64,000 bases of DNA from a virus (IMGVR_UViG_3300020045_008999:352001-416000), one strand, 5' to 3'. Positions 1 to 10,504 are shown, numbered from the stretch's first letter. The notes: generated from the letters alone by a model not told the origin. Program-made: numbers and translations.

Positions 1-1
1 A

Positions 2-328
2 ATCGATAAGGTTGGTCGAATATATAAAGTAGTCAATGTACCACCAAATGAAATAGGTACTAACTTCAATCTTAAAAAATCAGACATTGATCGAATTTCA
101 TTAGGTTATATCAATTTGTACAAAGATAAGTTGGCTCTATATCTAAATAATATAGGATTAATTGAACTTTATTCTGAATATGAAGTCCGTAAAGTAGGCA
201 AATATAATTATTTGATTGTATTTGGATATTCATTATTCAGAAGTGATAAGATAGTTAAAACCTTATTATATAAAGTCTTGCCAGTTTCAATTGTTCTAAT
301 TTCCATAATTTGTTATTTTTTTATATAA
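2..328 (+). CDS. Hypothetical membrane protein, 5'-truncated by window edge
   Basis: Frame of ORF 116..328 is open back to position 2 (IDKVGRIYKVVNVPP...); C-terminal hydrophobic helix. Confidence 0.7.
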   Translation: MDKVGRIYKVVNVPPNEIGTNFNLKKSDIDRISLGYINLYKDKLALYLNNIGLIELYSEYEVRKVGKYNYLIVFGYSLFRSDKIVKTLLYKVLPVSIVLISIICYFFI

Positions 329-334
329 TTTTTT

Positions 335-362
335 AAACTTTTTTTATATTAATCTGTATAAC
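335..362 (+). promoter_or_regulatory. AAACTT-N16-TATAA(C) promoter (class shared by several replication/regulatory genes)
   Basis: aaactt 335-340, 16 nt spacer, tataac 357-362; same spacing at five other loci. Confidence 0.6.
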
Positions 363-390
363 TATTAATTAATAATTAAATAATTTAAAA

Positions 391-816
391 ATGGAAGACA
401 AAGTAAAATTTTATGAAGTATCAGAGGATACAGTGGACAAGTTTATGGAAGTGTATAACACTAAAACATTCGGAAATGGTATTGGTTTTGATTTCATCGG
501 AAATGCTAAACAAAAGACAATGATTTTGGTAACTGTAATCCCACCAAGGTATGCATTCAAATTGAATAAAGAAGTTTCGGTTTCTATTAATGAAGATTTA
601 ATGGATGCTTTTGGAGATGATGAGACTGTGACTATCTTAATCGAACAAGAGTTGGATAAGTTAAGTTTTGACTTGAAAACTGGTGAAGTTAAAATGAACA
701 AGCACCGTTTAATCACATCACCTGGTTTGGTTAACAAATATGGAATTGATAAAGTTGGTAGAGCCAATAGTATTGACGAATTGGCGGTAAAGCAGTACGC
801 TGATGAATTGTTGTAA
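391..816 (+). CDS. Hypothetical protein, possibly degenerate phage metallopeptidase-like
   Basis: 141 aa; ILIEQELDKL...GLVNKYG resembles LLxHELxH...VVxRYG of putative phage metallopeptidases but lacks the His ligands. Confidence 0.45.
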   Translation: MEDKVKFYEVSEDTVDKFMEVYNTKTFGNGIGFDFIGNAKQKTMILVTVIPPRYAFKLNKEVSVSINEDLMDAFGDDETVTILIEQELDKLSFDLKTGEVKMNKHRLITSPGLVNKYGIDKVGRANSIDELAVKQYADELL

Positions 817-841
817 TAAAAATTAAAAATTAAAAAACGAA

Positions 842-1495
842 ATGGGTAAAGAGAATATTGAAACGCATGTGAATAAACCAGCAATGGTTTTGTTTTCAGG
901 GGAACAAGAAATGAGATTAATTTCAGTTGAAAATGAAACTGAATTGGACCAATTGATCGTAAATGTTGAAACGTTTATGCGCGAAAGTGTTGGGTTTGGT
1001 AAGACGGATGAGGAAAAAGATCAGTTGTATGCGGATGCGATTTCTAGATGGAAAGAATACGCAACAGCATTAAGAGAAGTGAAATTTTCATTTTATTTGA
1101 ACCGAAAACAATATCAATTTTTAACTGATTTGTTACTTAAAAAGTTGGAATATAACATGGATACTATTTTTATAGCTATTGAGTTAACTAACATGTTAGG
1201 TAGTTGGAAAGCAAAATCTGGTCACGATGACGACAGAAGTCTTAAAGTGTATGAGGCAACTTCGAGTGAGGTAACTTATATGTATCATTTGATCTCAAAA
1301 TACGTTACCAAAGGACTTGATGCAAATGCATATACTTTTGCTGAGGTTTTGCGTAAAATTGGTGATATTTCTAAAATAATTAACTATTATGATGGAAATG
1401 CAAAAAGTATTTCTGGCGAAATTCAAACTTGGGTTGCAGCATTTGAACCGGAAACTACATTACTTGAAAATGAATTAGTGTTAGAAAGTGAATAA
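842..1495 (+). CDS. Hypothetical helical protein
   Basis: 217 aa ORF, A-rich leader, no recognised motif. Confidence 0.75.
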   Translation: MGKENIETHVNKPAMVLFSGEQEMRLISVENETELDQLIVNVETFMRESVGFGKTDEEKDQLYADAISRWKEYATALREVKFSFYLNRKQYQFLTDLLLKKLEYNMDTIFIAIELTNMLGSWKAKSGHDDDRSLKVYEATSSEVTYMYHLISKYVTKGLDANAYTFAEVLRKIGDISKIINYYDGNAKSISGEIQTWVAAFEPETTLLENELVLESE

Positions 1496-1537
1496 AGATT
1501 TTTTGTAAAGGTGAGTTTTTGGAAAAGTTCGATGTAT

Positions 1538-3214
1538 TTATATACATCGAACTTTTCCGTTTATAAATCCCCAATATTTATATTGCACCGCTTTAATATC
1601 GTCTAGAATATTATTCACATTTTGAATGTGTCTAGTGTCCTTCATTCCACCTTTATCTGAAACTGCAAATTTAAATTCATTACAAGGTATTACTTTAGGT
1701 GAGTTGTAATGGAAAAATTGATTTATATAACTTTCATCGTTTACTGCTGGTTCGTAATTGATCAGTTTATCTGAAATTTGATTATCATACAGTACCTTGC
1801 ACATTTTAAGTACTTGATCGGATTTGCCCCCGAAAAAAGCACCGTAATAGTAAGTTTGTGGTAGTGTGGTATCATGTGGTATATATGCCCTTGAGGCAGG
1901 GTTTCTATCATAATTTTTACACAAACTATCTTTGTTTATAAAATGCTCACCACCCACTAAATCACCCATGAACCAAGACTCATCGAAGTCCAAAAGTATA
2001 TTAGTATCTGCATCAAAATAATAAATGTGATCACCATAGGTATCCATTGATAATATATTTGAAAATTTGGAATTGGTCCCATCTACCCAATTATAATTTT
2101 CAAAGTGTGTTTTTTTGACTAAATATTTTCCATGATCATAATTATGTAAATATTCATCTATTTCTATATCACTGAAAATATTAAATATTATTTTACTATT
2201 GCCTTTATAGAATCTTATAAAATTATTTATAAACCTGATTCCTAGTACTGAGTAACTATTGGTGCATATTAATACGATCGATATGGTGTTAGTTAAGAAA
2301 CTTTTCGCACCGACTTCTTGTACATATTTATAATAGTTATACGCACATACATTTGTGTTTAGATTTTCTAAATTCAAATTATATGGTAGTGTATTAGTGA
2401 AATTGTTTTTAAAAAACATACTTTCATTATTAGTAACCCCCGCATTATGATACATTGCTCGTGAATTCCACTCAGTGATTGGTGTTGTTGACCAATTGAA
2501 ATTCATATTTGGATCACATATAGTATTATATCCACGTTTCCAAGCATTCCAAAGAACTGCCCACATATCAGCACACCAAATTTGTATTTCGTGATATGAT
2601 GGATCCGCAGCTTTTTTCATATTGTTCAATTTAGTAATCTCTATGAATAAATTTTCACAATCAAGATAAACATCATGCCAATATTCTGCATTGATGTTTT
2701 TCATGATATATTGAGCACCTCCACTATTTTGTTGATTTTGCTTAACAATATCTTTGCTTATATCACAAATATCACACATTAGATCTAATACATCTTCACC
2801 CTTAGAAAGTATGTAATCATGCCCTATGTATGATATGGTGTCAGAAACGTACCAGTCATCTGTATTTTCATATTCCAAGGATTTTAGTGACTTAGTGAAT
2901 ACTATATCAGAATCATGATAGATGAGCGTAGTGGATGCTAGACTAGGCATGGAAATGAAATGTTTTTCTAAAAGATGTGGTCTAATTGATGATATATATC
3001 CGGGGTTTAGTCGTGTATCGTCGTAATAAAAAAATTGCACACTTGGGTACCTAAGTTCTAATAAATTCCATTTATTCAAGACACTAGGTACATGTGAGTT
3101 ATCACATATGATATGTATGACATTTTCTGGCAAATGTTCTAATATGCTATTTATTACAACTTCCACTTGCCAAGTATAGTAGTCTATTTTAGGCTGAACA
3201 ATTAAATGTATCAT
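1538..3214 (-). CDS. Two-domain glycosyltransferase: N-terminal GT-A (HPAT/SRGT peptide-O-glycosyltransferase-like) fused to C-terminal GT6 (ABO-like)
   Basis: N-half HDSDIVF (DxD), GGAQY, WCADMWAVLWNAW; C-half FDADTN (DxD), YYYGAFFGG, NDESYINQFF typical of CAZy GT6. Confidence 0.8.
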   Translation of the reverse strand: MIHLIVQPKIDYYTWQVEVVINSILEHLPENVIHIICDNSHVPSVLNKWNLLELRYPSVQFFYYDDTRLNPGYISSIRPHLLEKHFISMPSLASTTLIYHDSDIVFTKSLKSLEYENTDDWYVSDTISYIGHDYILSKGEDVLDLMCDICDISKDIVKQNQQNSGGAQYIMKNINAEYWHDVYLDCENLFIEITKLNNMKKAADPSYHEIQIWCADMWAVLWNAWKRGYNTICDPNMNFNWSTTPITEWNSRAMYHNAGVTNNESMFFKNNFTNTLPYNLNLENLNTNVCAYNYYKYVQEVGAKSFLTNTISIVLICTNSYSVLGIRFINNFIRFYKGNSKIIFNIFSDIEIDEYLHNYDHGKYLVKKTHFENYNWVDGTNSKFSNILSMDTYGDHIYYFDADTNILLDFDESWFMGDLVGGEHFINKDSLCKNYDRNPASRAYIPHDTTLPQTYYYGAFFGGKSDQVLKMCKVLYDNQISDKLINYEPAVNDESYINQFFHYNSPKVIPCNEFKFAVSDKGGMKDTRHIQNVNNILDDIKAVQYKYWGFINGKVRCI

Positions 3215-3232
3215 GATATATTTATATATTTT

Positions 3233-6200
3233 TTATACTGAGCAGATAGTATTTATCGAAATGACACCTATATTATCGATATAACACACTCTTGAACCCT
3301 CAACCTCAGTCCATAGTGATAGTGCTAGATTGTAATATTTATAGTCACCATTAAATGGTGTTATACCATCTAGTTCATACATTACATCACCAGAAGTAAT
3401 TTGATTGTTATTTTGTGTAGCTATTTTACAATCGGTCGTGATAGGGATCATACATATATCAGTTTCGCTAGTAGTTAAATACCCTTGCCCGCTTCGTAAT
3501 GCAGATACTGTTACTGGAGCAGGTTCTGGGCACGTTGTTACCTCAAAAGTACCACCTGGCCAAGTTATGTCATTACCACTAGCTATATCATACATAATTA
3601 TGGCAGTAGTTGAGCATATGTAATGTTTGAATGTGCCATCCAAGTTGTCTTCAACAAGTAACGTGGTTAATGGAACACTCATTAAACTTCCGCCATCTGG
3701 TGTATATCGAACACCTACATTTTCTACTGGTTCACTTCCATCGGTGATCATTGCGTAACAAGTTTCCGAGCCTACGCAAGTATCACAGTAGCATCCACCA
3801 CCCACTTCAAATGTAGCTAAAATGCTATTAGAGATTATTAAAGGATTGTCCGCGCTTATCAATCTAAATGTTGTATTTTGTGTAATATCAAATCCACATC
3901 GAGGGCTTAAATAACTTCCTGGTGTTGAAATCCAAGAAGATCCACCATTATAACTTTCTTCAACAATTATACCGGATGGTACTGGTCCGGTTATCGTGAA
4001 GTACAAACATCCGGATAAGTATGAATCCAAAGTAATTGAGGTTGGTGCCGCAGTAGTTGTACTCGTAGTGCTCGTAGTGCTCGTGGTAGTCGTTGTCGGT
4101 GGCGCAGTGGTTGTACTGGTAGTAGTTGTTATTTCAACTACTGATGCACTCAATATATCGAAATAACAGTTAGGTGGTGTTGTAGTTGTACTAGTAGTTG
4201 TACTAGTAGTAGTTGTACTAGTAGTAGTTGTACTTGGTGGTACCAATGGTGGAGGTATTCCTAGTCTAACCGGTAACGGATCCACTTCAATTATCGATAC
4301 GACATCGGTAAGATCTTTGGTTCCTCTAATTTCATAATTCTTGATCATTTTGTAAATTTGTCCGTATCCATTATCACTTGTTATATTAATATTAATATAT
4401 GGGTCTAAATTGGAATCAATTACAATATGAAAAGGTTCTAGAGTAGTTCGAAATTCTTTTATAGTTTGTACCGGAACATAATCAACTTCTTTCCACTCAG
4501 TGATATTGCGCCAATTGCTGGTGTCTGTCAATGGACTGGCAGCCGGTTGATTTTCAAGTTCAAATGTGTTCCCGGCGAATGTTAATTGAAAGTAAAGATC
4601 TGCATATCTTACGATGTCATTTGTTTTATAATTAACATCGCTTGACCATTTACTAGTGTTTGTATATCTTCGTGGATCCTTAACACGGTTTTTCCCGGGT
4701 AATACTGATTCATATATAAAATTATAATAACTAACTTTATCGCCTGTGTTGTAGGTCTGGAATGGACTCCATTCTTTTTCTGTTTTATATGTAGTTACGT
4801 CAATTGTGAAATAATCTGGTACACTCCCACTTACTGAAAAGTCAACAACAACATCATATACAGTGCTACCGCTATTTATTGGCATTAGATAACACTCGTG
4901 TATGTCAAAATTAATTGGCGACATCGATTCTCTGATATATGATGACTTGGTATCGTAACATTTGTGTACAATTGACGATGTATTGACAAAATCCATCTGT
5001 CCAGTAATATCCATTATTTCGTGTGACATCGGTATTACATTATCTTGTAACCAGTATTTAAGTCCTTGTAATTTAATAAGAACTTCCCTCAATGAGTATG
5101 ATAGAATGTTATTACCATCTTTGTCAGTTATGCGGTAAGCTAAATTGAATAAGTTGGTGTCTTCATAATTGGAATTAGGCATAGTTTGTTTAATATAGTC
5201 ACTCTCATTCCATCCGATCACTGAATTATCGAATATATCTGGTATTTCTACTTTATATAAATCACCAAAAGCGGTAGATGTTGTGTCTATATTTCTATAG
5301 TATTCATATAATTCTAAATCGTTATAACCGAAGTAATTAATTGCGTTTATAATTGCTTTATACGACCCAATATATGGATAAATTTCATGTCGATTGATTA
5401 GTAATTCTTTTCTTTTTTTATTCAAATAGATCCAGTCGATTCCTTGTTCATTGATATCATAGTCTTTAAAAATGTATGTATCGTTTACTGATATATTCTG
5501 GCCAACATTATCCAACTCTAATTTAAACCTAATATCTTCAATTTCGGTTTGTCCGGTTACGGTGAAAGAAGCTATTTCTTTTTCTATTACACGTATTGAT
5601 GTATCAAGGTATAATGTTTCACCGTGATAGTCAGAGATGACATTTGATTCCTTATTCATGTTACCGTTAGTGAAATCGATTATTATGATTCGATTGTATA
5701 ATTCTCGTATTTTGAATATTAAATGATTGTTGTTTGAAATATATTTATCTGACGTGTTTATAGTATCATACAATAATATTGAAATCATTTGACCTACTTT
5801 TAAACCGGTTACTGATCCATCATCATGTGTTAAAAAATTACTTGAACTATTATTGTTCAATTTTAAAATACCATATCCATTTATTACTTCTAAATCTAAT
5901 TGGTTATTAGTATCCGCATTATTTACTATTGTCCAAATAATTTCTTCTTTCTCATATATTTTTAAAATATTAGATTTAACCCCCTCATTAATATCATTAT
6001 GTCCAATGAATAATTCAATTGGTTCTGGTAGGAAACTTAAATTTGTATCACTATCTACAAAATCAAGCTTATGTAAAATTTCTTCAAAAATGGTTTGCTG
6101 GAATTCTGATTTAGTAATTTTATTAATGTCCTTATTGCCAGAACGATTTAGGGTGATTAATGGTAGTGGTTTTTCACCAATGTATGCGAGTGATCCAGAG

Positions 6201-9200
6201 GTACTTAATTGGTCGCCGGATATATCGTATAAAAATATTTCCGGTGTAGTGTCATCTACCCACTTAGTATTGTACAACATTTGAGCATCACCTATGAAAT
6301 TAGCACGTGGCCGTCTTATATAGTCATGTGTATTTAACCATATGTATTCTGGTTGGGTATAATCCGGTGACAAACTACCAAATTGACCATCGACGATTGA
6401 ACTGTTAATATCCGGATTTAACACCAGATTTAAGTTTATGGTGGTTGATAATTCAATTATTCTACTATCAACACTTTGAATACCCATCATAGTATTTCTA
6501 TCAGGGTTGAATATTAATTTAGTAGCGTTATTGGAAAGTGATTTTATTTCTTCTATGTGTCCGGTAACTGAATTGATTACCACAATACTACGCGATCCAT
6601 CCGTTGTGGTTATATAAATATAACCATCATATTGATTCATGTATATATCACCAATATTTGCAATATTTGAAAAATTATTAGTTCCGGTAGAAGTGATTAT
6701 CACATCTGTATTGGTTATTATGTCACCTGTCAGATTGTTGTGTAATACATAATTATTGGTCCCTGAAATTGTAGGGGTTTGTGTTAATGTTCCATTTGAA
6801 ATGTAGTATAAGTAATCTGATCCGAATACATAAACGCGATGATCATAATTATCATATATCATTTCACTTTCAATAAATAATGGCACAATGTAGGTTTCAT
6901 CCAATGCCCTGGTATTGCCATCAATTGAAATTACACCACCGGTCGAATTGATGTACATGTTATTTTCGTACTTATTGAAAATAATATTAACGCATCTGTT
7001 AGTAGTATTGCTCGTGTAGATGTTATTGTAGATATCAATAATTATGAAACCTAAGTCATGTGTTATATAAACATCACCATTGATGGTATTTATTGCCATC
7101 TTGTTTGGTACTATGCTTAATGTTATCGTTTTACTATTGATTATTGTGTTTAGAATTGGATCTACTGTGTACAATTTATTATTGGTTAATACCATCACAT
7201 AACTAGTTACTGAATTATAATAAAGGCACTTGCTATTGTTATTATTTGGTATGTCTATGGTACCAGTTGAGACATTATTAAGTGAATCGATGATTGTTAT
7301 ATTATTACCTAGTACGTATATAGTATTGGAAATTCCCAAATAAATCACATCAACCATATTATATGAATCGATATTATATGTACTCATATCATATGTATTC
7401 CCTGGTGTATATTCTAATAAAAACTCAGATGAGGCGAAGTCATTATTAAATTCACCGGAAAGTACCGTTGGTTCTGGTATAGCACATGCATCCCCCTCAA
7501 ACCCATTATTAAATGCAATAGTGATAAAGGGTGATTGCCAGCAAGAATCCCCGTTGGTGTCCCAAAATGGTCCTTGGTAGCTAAGATTTATAACATGTGG
7601 TTCCAACGATAATATATTATAGTCCTGATTATTGAAAGGGTAGGTGGTGTTATTAACCCCCACGATCATACCCGTCGCAAACCCAGAATTTTCAAAAGAA
7701 ACTTCTGATAAATTAGATAATATAATAGAATTGCTAGTTATTATAGCACCCGAATTTCCTTTATTTTTATGAATTATATTAAACAGGTTATCACCCGGAA
7801 TGTCCAGTTTGCTTGTGGTTACCACTACGTCATTATTCAATGTAGTTTGTTCTTTCGTATCAAAATACAATGCATTATTTATATTTGAGACAATTACACC
7901 ATATTCCATTAATTCACTTTGGTATTTAGTAACCCAATTCGTTAAGGTTTGTTGTACATTCGCGATTGGTGAATTTGTACCTATTTGATATTCTTTACCT
8001 AGTACTCTTATTGATAATGAGCTTCCCATATCTTTGAATATGATTAAAGTATCTTCTATGTAAAAATTAGCAACGGTACCAACTTCTACTTCAAAATCAA
8101 TTGAAACGTTCGGGTAGAATGAGTTTAAACTGATTGTATTGTAATATAATTGATTATTCGAACGTATGGATTTTAATACACAAGTGATTCCTAGTGCATA
8201 TAAGCGTACATAATTTTTACTTAACCAATTTCTTATGGTTTTATCAATTGATCGTTCTAAGTCTAGGATATTAGCGTTATAAATGCCCACAAAGTCTTCT
8301 CTATATGGCATTCCATTTATAGTTATGAGAATTCCATATTCGCTGATGTCGGTAAATACAATATTCGTGTTGGTTTGTTCTGAAATGTTTGTAACTTTCT
8401 CGGTAGTTAATTCTTCTCGAACTGATATAAGACGCTCTATCGAAGTATCTATCGTTGTTATATCTAGGTTATCCAATTTATACTTGACGTCAGCCCAATT
8501 ATCTGAATAGATTAATCTGGACACAATCTTACCATTTAATACTAATAGATCAATATTCAACAAGTTAAAATCACTTTTCCATTTTTCTACAAACGTTGCC
8601 GCAGTTTTGACTGCTGTTGTATCAAATGCATGATTATATGTAAATATGTGCGACGTTAAATACACGTTAGATGAAATGGTTTCGTTGGTCAATGTAGTAT
8701 CCACCGCGATGTAAGTGATGTTACTTGACCAATATTCTTCGTCGGAAGGTGTTATTATAGAATTTGCATATTGAGTGTAGGCTTTGAAACATTGGTATAT
8801 TTTATTATTGAATATAACTTGTGCACCAACTATATAATCAGTGCTGCCAATATTAGAGCTAAATTTCCCAATTTGTGACACATTTATACTATGAGTATTT
8901 AGTATCGAGTCTATTTTAAATGATCTCCCCGGTAATAGTGTTTTCGGAACACCATCTAAGAAATAAACAATATTATCATTGATAACTAACCCACCATAAT
9001 ATATGTTTGGGTTATTTGTTTTCATGGTCACTGTCACCGTTAGGTCCTCTGTTATCTGTTGTATAGGACAAGTGTATTTGTAATTTATTTTATCAAGTAA
9101 TTCATAATTATCAACGGTAACTACCATATTATTTGATTCCGTGCCAATTAGATTCAACTTGCGGCCATTGTATAACATTTCGTAAAAATTAGGCTCGGAC

Positions 9201-9778
9201 CAATTTGATATTAAGTTATTTAGATTTTGGTCGAAGTAATTTAGTACGCTGATATAGTTTACACCGGAAATAACCGTGTTACTATAGTCAACATTGACAT
9301 TATTTGTAGAATATAATAAATTATTTTCATTTGATATGATCATTATTGCACCGCGCTTCGAATTTAAAACGGTATATGTTTGATTAATATTTGAAAATTC
9401 AGCAATACTATTTTTGAACACTACCGACGAACCAATCTTGAATATGTTTTCAATATTTGGTGCATATAACCATTTAGTAAAGTAATTTACATCAGAATTG
9501 GTGGGTTCTATTTTAGAAAGAGTAATTGTTGATAATGATGAACCATTGATGTTGAACCCGTATTCATTAAATAGTTGGAATTTAGAAAGTTGTAAATCGG
9601 TATTTGCTTCGAATTCAAATGATTTGATATTTTCAAACAAATAAAGTCCGATTGTTTTGTGTGTATCACTACTATTTTCGTGAAAAATTAGTTCACCCTC
9701 GTGTTTCTCTGTAATTGTGTTGTATTTGGTATTTATGAAGTTACCTTCTTTATCAAAGAATACGAGATCTTTACTCAT
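3233..9778 (-). CDS. Very large virion structural protein (baseplate/tail-associated) with beta-propeller-like region, CBM5/12-like motifs and Thr-rich tract
   Basis: 2181 aa; late promoter motif at 9799-9807; YIGSYKAIINAINYFGY baseplate-wedge-like segment; WSPFQTYNTGDKVSY and WSSDVNYKTNDIVRY motifs; poly-Thr/Ser tract. Confidence 0.7.
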   Translation of the reverse strand: MSKDLVFFDKEGNFINTKYNTITEKHEGELIFHENSSDTHKTIGLYLFENIKSFEFEANTDLQLSKFQLFNEYGFNINGSSLSTITLSKIEPTNSDVNYFTKWLYAPNIENIFKIGSSVVFKNSIAEFSNINQTYTVLNSKRGAIMIISNENNLLYSTNNVNVDYSNTVISGVNYISVLNYFDQNLNNLISNWSEPNFYEMLYNGRKLNLIGTESNNMVVTVDNYELLDKINYKYTCPIQQITEDLTVTVTMKTNNPNIYYGGLVINDNIVYFLDGVPKTLLPGRSFKIDSILNTHSINVSQIGKFSSNIGSTDYIVGAQVIFNNKIYQCFKAYTQYANSIITPSDEEYWSSNITYIAVDTTLTNETISSNVYLTSHIFTYNHAFDTTAVKTAATFVEKWKSDFNLLNIDLLVLNGKIVSRLIYSDNWADVKYKLDNLDITTIDTSIERLISVREELTTEKVTNISEQTNTNIVFTDISEYGILITINGMPYREDFVGIYNANILDLERSIDKTIRNWLSKNYVRLYALGITCVLKSIRSNNQLYYNTISLNSFYPNVSIDFEVEVGTVANFYIEDTLIIFKDMGSSLSIRVLGKEYQIGTNSPIANVQQTLTNWVTKYQSELMEYGVIVSNINNALYFDTKEQTTLNNDVVVTTSKLDIPGDNLFNIIHKNKGNSGAIITSNSIILSNLSEVSFENSGFATGMIVGVNNTTYPFNNQDYNILSLEPHVINLSYQGPFWDTNGDSCWQSPFITIAFNNGFEGDACAIPEPTVLSGEFNNDFASSEFLLEYTPGNTYDMSTYNIDSYNMVDVIYLGISNTIYVLGNNITIIDSLNNVSTGTIDIPNNNNSKCLYYNSVTSYVMVLTNNKLYTVDPILNTIINSKTITLSIVPNKMAINTINGDVYITHDLGFIIIDIYNNIYTSNTTNRCVNIIFNKYENNMYINSTGGVISIDGNTRALDETYIVPLFIESEMIYDNYDHRVYVFGSDYLYYISNGTLTQTPTISGTNNYVLHNNLTGDIITNTDVIITSTGTNNFSNIANIGDIYMNQYDGYIYITTTDGSRSIVVINSVTGHIEEIKSLSNNATKLIFNPDRNTMMGIQSVDSRIIELSTTINLNLVLNPDINSSIVDGQFGSLSPDYTQPEYIWLNTHDYIRRPRANFIGDAQMLYNTKWVDDTTPEIFLYDISGDQLSTSGSLAYIGEKPLPLITLNRSGNKDINKITKSEFQQTIFEEILHKLDFVDSDTNLSFLPEPIELFIGHNDINEGVKSNILKIYEKEEIIWTIVNNADTNNQLDLEVINGYGILKLNNNSSSNFLTHDDGSVTGLKVGQMISILLYDTINTSDKYISNNNHLIFKIRELYNRIIIIDFTNGNMNKESNVISDYHGETLYLDTSIRVIEKEIASFTVTGQTEIEDIRFKLELDNVGQNISVNDTYIFKDYDINEQGIDWIYLNKKRKELLINRHEIYPYIGSYKAIINAINYFGYNDLELYEYYRNIDTTSTAFGDLYKVEIPDIFDNSVIGWNESDYIKQTMPNSNYEDTNLFNLAYRITDKDGNNILSYSLREVLIKLQGLKYWLQDNVIPMSHEIMDITGQMDFVNTSSIVHKCYDTKSSYIRESMSPINFDIHECYLMPINSGSTVYDVVVDFSVSGSVPDYFTIDVTTYKTEKEWSPFQTYNTGDKVSYYNFIYESVLPGKNRVKDPRRYTNTSKWSSDVNYKTNDIVRYADLYFQLTFAGNTFELENQPAASPLTDTSNWRNITEWKEVDYVPVQTIKEFRTTLEPFHIVIDSNLDPYININITSDNGYGQIYKMIKNYEIRGTKDLTDVVSIIEVDPLPVRLGIPPPLVPPSTTTTSTTTTSTTTSTTTTPPNCYFDILSASVVEITTTTSTTTAPPTTTTTSTTSTTSTTTAAPTSITLDSYLSGCLYFTITGPVPSGIIVEESYNGGSSWISTPGSYLSPRCGFDITQNTTFRLISADNPLIISNSILATFEVGGGCYCDTCVGSETCYAMITDGSEPVENVGVRYTPDGGSLMSVPLTTLLVEDNLDGTFKHYICSTTAIIMYDIASGNDITWPGGTFEVTTCPEPAPVTVSALRSGQGYLTTSETDICMIPITTDCKIATQNNNQITSGDVMYELDGITPFNGDYKYYNLALSLWTEVEGSRVCYIDNIGVISINTICSV
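4051..4235 (-). repeat. Low-complexity tandem repeats encoding mucin-like Thr/Ser-rich linker (STTTTSTTTT..., TTTTSTTTAPPTTTT)
   Basis: Repeated gtagtagttgtacta and ctcgtagtg units on + strand. Confidence 0.9.
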
Positions 9779-9798
9779 TTCAGTATCAAAATTTTAGT

Positions 9799-9843
9799 TA
9801 TATATTAAAAAAGTGGTTTTCTATTATAAAAAATTAATATATA
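9799..9843. promoter_or_regulatory. Divergent pair of putative late promoters TAATATATA
   Basis: tatatatta 9799-9807 (minus) and taatatata 9835-9843 (plus), each about 20 nt before an ATG. Confidence 0.7.
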
Positions 9844-9865
9844 ATATTCAAAAAACTATGTAATT

Positions 9866-10474
9866 ATGAATAAACCAAATGAACTAGATGGTAAACGAAT
9901 TAAGCTTATTAAGATAGATGATAAGTTTACTGACCTCAAATATGGTGATGAAGGAACTGTGAGTCACGTCGATGACATTGGTCAGATACATATGAAATGG
10001 GATAATGGTTCAACATTAGCAATTGTGCCTAGTATAGACACTTATGAGGTTTTGGCGGAGTCTGTTAATAATAAGACTAGATATGGAAAAAGCCGCCATG
10101 TAATGCTTTTCGAATCATATAATTTGGCTATCGCAGTAGATAAAATGAAAAATACTATCGAGCGAATTAATAAATTAGTCATACACTCACCAATTACATT
10201 TAAAAGTGAGATTGATAAATATGATGCCAGGTTGGAATTATCGTATGACGATGTTGAGAATGATGAATATTCCCAAGGTATTATTTATGAAGTAGACTTA
10301 GAAATGAATTCAATAATGAAATTAGCGTATACGAAGTCTACCAATCCTAAGGATATAGATGATGATCCAATTGAATCACATTTTCAAACTGTAGAGGAAT
10401 TGCTGGAGTATTTATATACCGAAGCGGTGAGTTATGTTAAGATAGTTGAATCTATTAAATATAAAAATATATAA
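9866..10474 (+). CDS. DUF4314-like domain protein
   Basis: GDEGTVSHVDDIGQIHMKWDNGSTLAIVP matches the DUF4314 pattern. Confidence 0.75.
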   Translation: MNKPNELDGKRIKLIKIDDKFTDLKYGDEGTVSHVDDIGQIHMKWDNGSTLAIVPSIDTYEVLAESVNNKTRYGKSRHVMLFESYNLAIAVDKMKNTIERINKLVIHSPITFKSEIDKYDARLELSYDDVENDEYSQGIIYEVDLEMNSIMKLAYTKSTNPKDIDDDPIESHFQTVEELLEYLYTEAVSYVKIVESIKYKNI

Positions 10475-10475
10475 T

Positions 10476-10504
10476 AAAAAGTGGAATTTGATTCCACTTT
10501 TTTT
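10476..10504. terminator. Intrinsic terminator
   Basis: aaaaagtggaat-ttg-attccactttttt hairpin flanked by A/T runs. Confidence 0.8.

Noticed and set aside
4051-4235. CRISPR array or non-coding repeat
   Set aside because: Repeats are codon-phased, lack spacers and lie within a CDS; same for 30762-30905 and 45605-45658
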